Positions 26,120-36,098 of a stretch of 64,000 nucleotides of DNA are shown here, piece by piece. Position 1 is the stretch's first letter, and every line of letters starts with the position of its first letter. The stretch lies in NCBI RefSeq assembly GCF_006345805.1, contig NC_043000.1, positions 13,888,001 to 13,952,000 on the forward strand, written 5' to 3'. Source of the stretch: Octopus sinensis (lineage: Eukaryota). The position numbers and the translations under genes are program-made. The notes beneath the pieces were generated by a model. The model ran no database searches, was not told the DNA's origin, and saw only the letters and a program-made list of their open reading frames with translations.

Positions 26120-26462
26120 GTTCATTCATTTCTATGTCTGTTTTTCCATCCTGGCATAGATTAAGCAAATATATTATTGAGGTGTTGTTTTACAGTAGGA
26201 TGCCTTTTCTGTTGCTAACCCTTACCACATTTCAAGGAAGGGAGCTCTTATTTCACATGCCTTTGAAGGTGCAAAACCTGCGGGCATTTTATTGACAGGG
26301 GAAACGATAATGCCATTACTTGTAGCTCAAGGATTTCTGAAGAAGCTCAGTTGTAAACACACACACACACAATGGGCATTTTTGTTTTCCATCTAGCAAA
26401 TCAATTCACAAGGCTCTGGTTGGTCCAGAGCTATAGTAAAATACACTCAACCAAGGTGTTGG
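26120..26462 (-). mobile_element. SINE family A, RTE-type tail, tRNA head missing
   Basis: Tail, hinge and CORE-like part present; truncated just before the duplicated block at 26475. Confidence 0.6.
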
Positions 26463-26499
26463 GTAATTTAGAAGTGGCTTCAGATACATTTCATTTTAG

Positions 26500-26530
26500 G
26501 CCACAAGTTATTACAAAAAGAAACACTTGT
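26500..26530 (+). CDS. Candidate exon, copy 1 of duplicated pair (SHKLLQKETLV, phase 1 to 2)
   Basis: Acceptor catttcattttAG; weak donor gt|GTTTGT; phase bridges the exon at 19959 (ends phase 1) and the exon at 52642 (starts phase 2). All three frames are open, so the frame comes from the neighbours. Confidence 0.4.
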
Positions 26531-26740
26531 GTTTGTCTTAATGCTAGAATTATGCTTAATGTGGTTTTTCTAGAGACATTGTATGGCAGCAGCTGTCTCT
26601 ATCATAGATATGCTGATCTCTTAACTATATTTTGTAATCTATTTTTGTATTTTTTCCCTGGTAGAATATTATGTCCATCAGACAAATGTAGCTATGCATT
26701 GGAACAGCAGTTTTATCTCTCACTGCTATGCCTGCTCTTT

Positions 26741-27120
26741 CATCATCAGTGTGCTAACATCCACTTTTCCATGCTTGCATGGGTTGGATAGAGTTTATTG
26801 ACTTAGAGTAGCTACCCTTCATGTCAGTAGCCTACACCTGTTTCCAGGCAAGATAATATTTCCTTATTGCCATGTATGTTTCAGCTGAATATTGGAAATG
26901 GACGACACTGCTTGCATGACAATGACACTCATTTACAGCTAACACAATATCAAGTGTGTGTGTGTGTGTATTTAATGGGCTTCGTTCAGCTTCCATCCAC
27001 CAAATCCCACTCCAAAGGCTTTGGTTAGTCTGAAGCTATAAAAGAAACTTGTCTAAGGTACCTTGCAGTGGGATTGAACCCAAAACCATGTAATGGGGAA
27101 GCATACTTAACCACACGACA
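26741..27120 (-). mobile_element. SINE family A, RTE-type tail
   Basis: CATCATCA..TTTTCCATGCTTGCATGGGTTGG through to the head CTTAACCACAC. Confidence 0.78.
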
Positions 27121-27531
27121 ATAGAGTAAACCTAGTTTTTTTTTTTTAATAAATGTCTTTTTTAGTGTCTCTAAATGTTGTCCTTTATGCTTGAATCATT
27201 GGCTTGATATTTTCCCAAACAAACCGATTCAAGCATAAAAAGACATAAAATCCAGGTCACAAGTTCACATTTCAGTGGTCAGCTTTCTCATGCAGTGTCA
27301 CATTTTTAAAAACAGATGTCCTGATCAAGCTGCTTCCTTTGAAGCGATTAGAATGCTATTTTTCTTACTCATACTTGATATATTCTAAGCCTCACCCTCA
27401 CCCGCAACCACCACTTTCCCTTCGTCTGACTTGATTGAAATTCATTAGTTCTGGAAGTATTATTTTTCATAAATACTGTAGGCTTTTAAAATATGTAATC
27501 AACGAATGGCTTTAGATACATTTCATTTTAG

Positions 27532-27562
27532 GCCACAAATTATTACAAAAAGAAACGCTTGT
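27532..27562 (+). CDS. Candidate exon, copy 2 of duplicated pair (same peptide SHKLLQKETLV)
   Basis: Identical splice signals to copy 1; two substitutions, aag>aaa (Lys) and aca>acg (Thr). Confidence 0.4.
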
Positions 27563-27983
27563 GTTTGTCTTAATGCTAGAATTATGCTAAATGTGGTTTT
27601 TCTAGAGACATTGTATGGCAGCAGCTGTCTCTATCATATTTATGCTGATCTCTTAACTATATTTTGTAATCTATTTTTGTATTTTTTTCCCTGGTAGAAT
27701 ATTATGTTCATCAGACAAATGTAACTATACTTTGGAACAGCAGTTTTATCTCTCACAAGTTAAAATAATTGACTTCCATATTATACATGTGAAGGGTGTA
27801 GATTGCATTTTATATTCCAGTTCTTTTTGTTCTGAGTTCTGATCCTGCCAAAATCAGTTTGCCTTTCATCTTTCCTGGGTTGATAGAATAAAGTACCATT
27901 AAACATCTGGAATAGATATATAGGGCTTAAATACTTGTTAAAATTTTTGGTCAAGTTCCTATGTTTGAAATTATATTACGCAT

Positions 27984-28358
27984 GTGCAGATGTGGTATGA
28001 AGCTTGCTTCCCAACCACATGGTTCTGGGTTCAGTTCCACTGCATGGCACCCTGGGCAAGTGACTTTTACTATAGCCTCGAGGTGACCAAATCATGGTGA
28101 GTGGACTTGGACGGAAACTGAAAGAAGCCCGTTATATGTATATGTATATATATATGTTTGTGTGTCTATTTGTCCTCACCATCACTTGACAACTGATGTT
28201 ACTGTATTTACGTCCCCGTAACTTAGTGGTTCAGCAAAAAAAACAAAACAATGGAATAGGTGCTAGGCTTACAAAGAATAAGTTCTGGGATCGATTTGTT
28301 CAACTAAAGGCAGTGCTCCAGCGTGGCCACAGTCATATGACTGAAACGAGTAAAAGAG
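27984..28358 (+). mobile_element. SINE family A, CR1-type tail
   Basis: Head, hinge microsatellite and tail GGCAGTGCTCCAGCGTGGCCACAGTC..GTAAAAGAG. Confidence 0.88.
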
Positions 28359-29552
28359 GATGTGAAGATTATTCACCATTTCTCTTAGTTACAAAACTAA
28401 CATGTTTGATGTGTTGGAACTTGGTATCTTGTGAGAATTCTATAGTAGTGTCATTCCTAGTGACTTGCATGCAGTTTGTTTACGTTTATGAAGACTAAGA
28501 TAATGAACAAGCAGTCACAATTTGTACAGCAGTACCCAATTAAGCTCTCTATGAACTACTTGTTGATTCTATCCATATTAATTCAATATGGCCCTTTCCT
28601 TAATTATACTAAAGATCACCAACAGGTTACAATATCTTGTAAACTGTCTGATAGCAACAATATAATGGGACCTTAGTTCAAATGATACTAATTGAAAAAT
28701 GGTGTCTAATTATAAATATATTTTTTATACCTGCCAACTTTTCTTGAGAAGACTACAGTTCTTTTTCTTTTTTTTGTTTTAGTTTGTTAAGTCAGTAAGA
28801 CGCAAGTGATTTCAAGCTGATGCAGGAACATAAAACCAATACCAATAATATTCTTAAAGTAGAGAATGTTAAAGTATTTAATGTTTGGTTAGGTTAGTGA
28901 TTGAAAGGAAAACATATGTAATAGGGAAATACCAGAGAGAAGCTGTTTTATGGAAGAATGATTGGGTAAAGTGTTTAATATATTGTGTCTAGGAGGTGTG
29001 ATAGAAAGAAGGTAGTTGGATGTAGGTAAATGTGTTCTTTATAGTTATCAAATTTGTAGTAGCACTTAGAAGAAACTGGAGCAGGATATACAGTTCATTG
29101 AGTGTAGCGTGTTGATGAATGAAAGCTTCCTATCAGGTGGCTAGCCTTTTCTTTAGCAGTTTTGACCTAAACCATACCTAATTTGTGATATAAGTACATT
29201 AGTATCCTAACATTCAGTTAGCTGAGTACCACACATCTAATCAAGTAGTACTGATGCAGACAGATCACCCTGTTATGACAAAATAAAAAGAAAGAAAAAT
29301 AGCCCTTTTTGATATCACACTCTTTTTTTTTTTTTACATTTAAGAATTAAAATTCACTGAGTGTTTCCAGTTAAAATTCTTCTACACATTCAATAAATGA
29401 AACAGCCTTGACAATAATTAAAGTTTCCCCCACAAAAATATGAAATCTGTTGTTTTGCTGCTTAGACACTTATCTCCTTTATGTCATGTGGCCATTCCTT
29501 CCTTACCAGCTGAGTTCTCAGATTTCATCAGAATCTCACTATGTAGAAATAC

Positions 29553-29688
29553 CTATTTCTTTACTACCCACAAGGGGCTACACACAGAGGAGACAAACAA
29601 GGACAGACAAACGGATTAAGTCGATTATATCGACCCCAGTGCGTAACTGGTACTTATTTAATCGACCCCGAAAGGATCAAAGGCAAAA
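29553..29688 (-). mobile_element. 5'-truncated SINE family B
   Basis: Tail and central domain only; CpGs retained. Confidence 0.85.
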
Positions 29689-29789
29689 AATACCAGTTAT
29701 CAATAAGTGTTAAGTAATTTTCTGAAGCTTACACTGCTGTGAGGAGAACACATATCAACAAACTCACATATCATGTATTATTAGTTGGA

Positions 29790-29940
29790 GTTGTCTTCTT
29801 ATCTTGGTTGTTACTTTTTCACTACATTTTGGCTATGTACACTCCAGCCTTCTTCAAGTGTTTTGTGATTCACTTTAGTGCCTTGCCTGGGATTGAACTT
29901 AGAACTGTGTGATCAAATGGGTAACCATTTAGTATCCTCC
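29790..29940 (-). mobile_element. Decayed tRNA-headed element carrying the same hammerhead-like Penelope-type tail
   Basis: Minus strand: A-box-like TACTAAATGGTTA (29934-29922), B box GTTCAATCCC (29898-29889), then AACAC-TTGAAGA-AGGCTGGAGTGTACATAGCC-AAAATGT-A-GTG, homologous to 7141-7186. Confidence 0.5.
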
Positions 29941-30019
29941 ATAATTTCTCACATTCTTTTGTTATTCTTAAAAATGTAATATAGGACTGAAACGTAAAAG
30001 ATACCAGATAACGAATTAC

Positions 30020-30447
30020 TTTATTTTTACTTGTTTCAGTCATGATAGGAACCATGAAGGATTTTAGTTGAAACCCCAGTTCTTCTTATTTTTCTGTAAA
30101 GCCTGGTACTTATTCTATCAGTCACTTTTGCTGAGCTACTAAGAGGGGCGTAGGCACATCAACATTGATAATTTCTTTTCAAACGCAGAGACATCATTAG
30201 AACAGTAGAAGCATCAGCTAAATTATCCTTACAAAGGGGAAAAATTTGTCACCAACCAGCTATGGGACACGGAGACATACACAAAGACACACACACACAC
30301 ACACATTACAATGGATTTCTTTCAGTTTCCATCCACCTAATCCACTCAACAAGATTTAGATCAGCCTTAGGTTATAGTCAGACACTTACCCAAAGTGCCA
30401 CACACTGAACCCAGAACCATGTGGTTGGGAAGCAAACTTCTTGCCAC
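30020..30447 (-). mobile_element. SINE family A, CR1-type tail, decayed
   Basis: Tail, second module, (CA)n hinge and head recognisable. Confidence 0.7.
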
Positions 30448-30875
30448 CTGTCTGGAATTTTTTAGTTCTTAGCCTTTTCATTGGCAGACATATCTACTAA
30501 TCCTAAAGTTTTTAATGCCATATTCTTCCTTATGCATTTCAAAATAATATTCAATAACTTAACATTTTTATTTTTAAACCCAAGGTGTTAGTCAGTTAAA
30601 TTGCACCTATTATTTGACTGGTACTTTGTTTTATAAACCCCACAGAAATGGGAACAAAATTGGCTTCTGTGTGATTTATACCCAGAATGTAAAGAGCCGG
30701 AAGAAACACGATAAGGCATTTTATCCAATGTTCTAACAGTTCAACCACAATAATAATAATCTCTAATTTAGATACAAGGCCAGCAGTTTTGAGGGGAAGA
30801 GGTTAGTCAGTTGTGTTGAAACCCAGTACTTGACTGCTGCTTTATTTTATTGACCTTCAAGCAAAACAAAAAGCA

Positions 30876-31112
30876 GAGGTGCATGGCTTGGTTGTTAGGG
30901 TGTTGGACTCATGATTGTAAGATTGTGGTTTTGTTTCCTGGACTGGGTGATGTGTTGTGTTCTTGAGCAAAACCTCAGTTTATGCTGCTCCAGTCCACTC
31001 AGCTGGAACAAAATGAGTAATCCTGTGACAAACTGGCTTCCTGTCCAAGGAGGAATATATATGCCAGAGAAACCAGGAAACTGGCCCTATGCTCTTATGT
31101 AGTACTGTGAAC
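30876..31112 (+). mobile_element. tRNA-headed SINE family C (V-SINE-like central part), nested in a family B variant spanning about 30748-31170 (-)
   Basis: Head TGGCTTGGTTGTTAGGG; central TGCTCCAGTCCACTCAGCTGG..AAATGAGTA; the flanks rejoin into ATTGACC/GAAAGGCAAGGTTGATCTC..TTTGAACTC. Confidence 0.65.
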
Positions 31113-31692
31113 AAACCAAGGGAAAGAAAGGCAAGGTTGATCTCAGCTGGATTTGAACTCGGAACATAAAACACCTATCTTCTATCAATTATACTATCTA
31201 ATAACTTATGCCATTGTTGATGCAACTATTTTTTCAGTCATGAATTGAATATTTCAGAAAATTATTTTTGTGTACATGACGAAATTTAGATATTTTATTT
31301 AATTTTAATAAGACAACAAAAATTTATGAAATGATTTTATTTAAATCAATTGTTATAGCTGGAAAAGTTCTTTCAAAGAATAACAAAACAAAACAAATTA
31401 TAAATATATGAGCAATGACAAGATTAGTCATACACATGGGAAAAATAAGACATATGCTAAAAAAATTCTTCATCATCTTATTAGTATGCATTACTTTCAG
31501 ATAATCTTTCCTAATGTTGTTTTTAAATTTTATTTTGGTTAGTTTTGGTTTGGGTTAGTATGATTTTGTTTATTTTGCTGCTAAAATTGTACTGATGTAG
31601 ACTTTATGCAGTTTTAAACAATGTTCTTTAACATGAGTGTACAGGCATAACTATACAGTTAAGAAAGTACAGTATTGTAAAAAAAAAAAAAA

Positions 31693-32022
31693 TGCATGGC
31701 TGTGCGGTTAAGAAGCTCAATTTTGCAACCCTGTGGTTTGGTGTTCAGTCCTACTGCACAGCACCTTGGACAAATGCCTTCTATTATATCCCCAGGCCAG
31801 CCAGTATATTGTGAGGGAATATGGTAGATGGAAACTGTGTGAAAGCTTGTTGTATATTTGTGTGTTTGTATGTCTTTGTGTCTGTTCCCCCACCATTGCT
31901 TGACAGCCAGTACTGGTTTATGTTCTTGTCACTTAGCAGTTCAGCTGAAGTTAATTTGTTTGACTAAGTCCTTTATGTGATGCCCCAGCATGGCCACGGT
32001 TCAATGACTGACACAAGTAAAA
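31693..32022 (+). mobile_element. SINE family A, CR1-type tail
   Basis: Head GGCTGTGCGGTTAAGAAG, tail GCCCCAGCATGGCCACGGTTCAATGACTG. Confidence 0.8.
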
Positions 32023-34062
32023 CATATAGATAAAAGATTAGTATTTACAACCACATTAAAAAACAAAAAAAAGCTCTTTCTTGCATGATTCAGTCTAAGA
32101 TTTGTTTGTAAAGAATTTCTATTAATAAGTCTATTAATTGTAGAAGCATGGACTCAAGTCCAAAGGCCTAAAGGGCAACGTGACAAAAACAAAATACCAG
32201 TTAGTAACATTATAGCTTACTATTCTAATACCATTTGAAATGTAACTTTGCTCAGTATATAGGAAGAGAGATGTTAAGAATTCTGTGCTGTGCATTCAAG
32301 AAATAAATGAAATAAGCATGGATGTGTAATATTCACCAGCAGAAGGGATAGGGCACAAGTTAGCTGAGAGAGCAGCTGAGCATTAAGAGTTTCAGCTAAA
32401 GTATCTAGAATAACATGTAGCGGTATATACAGTGAGTGGTAAATGAATGTGGCACATGTTTCTGGTGGAGGTTACTTAAGGAAATGATAAACTGAGGGAG
32501 AGTGTAATAAAATAGTGAAGTCATATCTTAGGATGTGGAGCCTCAAAGAAGAGATAATAAAAGATCAATACTGGTGGGGATATACTGTTCAGCAGACTCA
32601 TCCAACCCACATTCATGTGGGGAAATAAACAAACTAATGGTAAAGATAATGAAGAAAACAGTTCTTTGCAGTAAATTACACTTATCTGAAGCTTATTCAA
32701 TAGATTTTGGTTTCATCAAATCATTAGTTTTAAAAGAGTATTTAAAACTCAACTTCAGTTTTAACTCAAAGGCAAAACTAGCTCCCCATTGGTCATACTG
32801 CATAGGCGTATATATTTGCTTCTGATAATGATATTTTGGCCACTTTGTTGTTATATTACAGTAAAATAACTATTGCTGAAATACTTAGCTTTTGATATAA
32901 GCTTATTGGCTGTTCCAGTGCAGTTGACACATTCTGCCTTCGTTTGTATCCACTGCTTATATCAACAACTTCTTCTTGATATCCATTAATGAGGGCTTTC
33001 ACTGTATCCTCCACTGGAGGTCAGGCAATCTGGTATAATGCTTAATACACAAGAACATAAATGTTATTTCAAGGAAGCAGAACTACATCCCCTCTCTTAA
33101 TTCCTAGGAACAACTCCCAAATTACAAGTTGTCTATCTTATCAACATACACTCATTCTCACTGACTCTGTCCATCTTTCCTTGAATTTCCTTATTTTTAA
33201 TGTTGATAAAATTATACAAAGAAGAGATGGCTTTGTACCTTGGGAATTGTTGACTCTCATTAACTTATTCAAATATATATCATTCTGTTGTTAATATCTG
33301 GTGAACTAATGTTGTGTTGCACTGCATTTAGAATAAATTTATTTGCTTGATTAAATAAAACCTTGCTTCCTGGAAACCTTTAATAGCGCTCCATTCTCAT
33401 TCTACTTCATAGTCTGTTTTTTAGAAATTGTTGGCTTTGCTGTGCTCCCATCTTATATATATATATATATATATGAGAGAGAAAGAGAGAGTCATTTACT
33501 TCTCCTTTTTGCACTCATAGACTTACATCCTAAATTTCACTCTAATTATCATATACAGTTCTGTAATCCAATCTGTCTGATCTGATTTCACAATACACTA
33601 GTCTCCAATTTTCCAAACTATACATAAATAAAACCAATATGATTCCCCCCACTCTATCTGTCTGTCTGTCTTGTGTAAGTGAAAGAAGTTATGGTTACAA
33701 TTTTCCTCTTCAGACACTTTGATATAAGGAATGAAAATTACTTTTTAGATTCTTTAGCTGTATTGAAACTGCTCTGAAAGCTGCTATTAAATTTGATTAA
33801 AATAATTTTGAAAATATTTTCTGCAAAGTTATATATTAGAAAATAGGCATGTTATAGGCACGGATATGGCTTGCATATCTCAAACAATTCATTGAGGCAG
33901 ATTTTCTATGGCCAGATGTTCTTAGTGTTGCTAATACACACCTATTACCAAGCAAAGTAATATTTCTCCTTGGCCAGATATGTTTTTCATGGAAGACAAC
34001 AAAATCACTTGTATTGCAGTAATGCTTCTTCTGCAGTCATCATGTGATATCAGTACAAGGTA

Positions 34063-34346
34063 TAATATAGCTTGGGTTTCAAGGGCCCACAGCTATTTAA
34101 CTGTCTGCCGAAGCATCTGAGGAGCCCCCATGGAGTGGATATAGACATTTTCGAGCGTGAACTTGACCTCTGGCTCGCCAAGATCCCAGATAAGCCAAAA
34201 TCTAAGCAAGAAACTCAAAAGAGAGCAGTAGCATCGAACTCCATCCTTCACCAAAAGCTACTCTGACAAAGATGGAAAGTGGAAAGATGATTACAATGGC
34301 GGTGCTCCAGCATGGCCACAGTCATTGGAATGAAACATATAAAAGA
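34063..34346 (+). mobile_element. 5'-truncated CR1-clade LINE 3' end (ORF2 C-terminus + 3' UTR)
   Basis: Reads LGFKGPQLFNCLPKHLR..FERELDLWLAKIPDKP..RAVASNSILHQKLL*, a typical CR1-clade ORF2 terminus, followed by about 80 nt of UTR and (TA)n. Confidence 0.8.
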
Positions 34347-34758
34347 ATATATATATATATATATTATATATATACTCACATATGTACAACCCATGCCAGC
34401 ATGGAAGGCAGATGTTAAACAATGATGATGTGTGTGTGTGTGTGACAGACTTCTTTCAGTTTCCAGCTACCAAATCCACTCACAAGGCTTTGATCAGCCT
34501 GGGATTATCTTTGCAGTGGGACTGAACCTGAAACCATATCATTGGGAATCAAGCTTCTTAATGACACGGCCATGTCTACACCACAAAAATTTTGTCAAAA
34601 CCCATCCGGTGGGCTGTACTAATCATTCAAAGGGTCCAGCTTAGTCTTTCACACAGCGTACCTGAGAATTGCATTAAAGGAATAAATGTTTATGGAATAC
34701 TCAGCCACTTGACACTAAACTAAAATCAGTACCTAATTCCGTTGATTTAACATATATA

Positions 34759-35171
34759 CTCTCTTTTACTCTTTTACTTGTTTCAGTCATTTGACTGCGG
34801 CCATGCTGGAGCACCGCCTTTAGTCGAGCAACTCGACCCCGGGACTTATTCTTTGTAAGCCCAGTACTTATTCTATCAGTCTGTTTCGCCGAACCGCTAA
34901 GTGACGGGGACATAAACACACCAGCATCGGTTGTCAAGCAATGCTAGGGGGACAAACACAGACACACAAACATGCACACACACACATATATATATATATA
35001 CATATATACGACGGGCTTCTTTCAGTTTCCGTCTACCAAATCCACTCACAAGGCTTTGGTCGGCCAGAGGCTATAGTAGAAGACACTTGCCCAAGGTGCC
35101 GTGCAGTGGGACTGAACCCGGAACCATATAGTTGGTTAGCAAGCTACTTACCACACAGCCACTCCTGCGCC
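34759..35171 (-). mobile_element. Full-length tRNA-headed SINE, family A with CR1-type tail (best-preserved copy)
   Basis: Head GGCTGTGTGGTAAG..GGGTTCAGTCCC, CORE-like GGCACCTTGGGCAAGTGTCTT, internal (TA/TG)n, second module, tail GGCGGTGCTCCAGCATGGCCGCAGTCAAATGACTGAAACAAGTAAAAGAG; most CpGs retained. Confidence 0.9.
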
Positions 35172-35680
35172 TATATATATATAAGATACAATTATCTATT
35201 TGATGGCATTTAAGATGCACTTTTTCCCCCTAAAAGATATCTCAAAAATCAACCTGAATTTTATATGAAATGTTGAGCCTATATTACATACTCTGGAGCT
35301 GTAAAACCTATTTTTACAAGAGTATGTGCTGCTGAAATTGAGGTGCATCTAATATGCCTATGCATCTTTTATAGTCATCAAAAGTACAGTATTTTGATAC
35401 TTCAGAAAATGTACTGCCAAACTTAGAACGATACGTGTGAAATTGTATGTTAGTAAGCCATTCTTGTGTGTTAGCTTCTTGTTTGTTGTAGATTCTCCAT
35501 GCACTAACCTTTAGCTGACATCACTTTTCCCATCAGTATAAGGTTTTTCATGAGGAAGTTTGATGGATTCATTGATAATCTGTTATCTCAAGCTTGATTA
35601 ATTTCTACTAACATTGATCCACTTTTTTAGCAAACTAACAAGAAAGCTAAGTGAAAATGACTTGTAGGATCACTTAATAT

Positions 35681-35721
35681 CTATCTATCTTTCTATCTCT
35701 CTGTCTGTCTGTCTGTCTGTC

Positions 35722-35754
<33 letters not shown>

Positions 35755-36098
35755 GTGTGTATATGTATATATATGTGTGTATATGTATATATATGTGTGT
35801 ATATATATATAATCTGTATATATGTATATATATGTATATATATATATATATTTATATATGTATATGTGTATATATATATATATATGTATGTATGTGTATA
35901 TATGTATGTATATATATATATCTGTATATGTGTATATATATGTATATATATAATCTGTATATATGTGTATATATATAATCTGTATATATGTGTATATATA
36001 TGTGTATGTCTGTATATGTATTTATATGTATATGTATTTATATATGTGTGTATGTATATATATGTGTATGTATATATATGTGTGTGTATATATATATA
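35681..36098. repeat. Compound (TATC/TGTC/TA/TG)n microsatellite array
   Basis: Directly visible; abuts the 5' end of the CR1 fragment. Confidence 0.97.

Larger units (their letters stand above)
26475..27756 (+). repeat. Local direct duplication of about 250 bp (26475-26723 and 27507-27756)
   Basis: By-eye alignment gives about 10 substitutions and one 1-bp indel. Confidence 0.97.

Noticed and set aside
26372-26791. 139-aa ORF, the longest non-transposon ORF in the track
   Set aside because: It runs across a SINE head, the duplicated block and another SINE tail; its paralogue in copy 2 stops early.
35406-35444. Phase 2 to 2 candidate exon (KCTAKLRTIRVK); a similar candidate lies near 41350-41415
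   Set aside because: Several mutually inconsistent splice choices fit equally well, so none can be supported.
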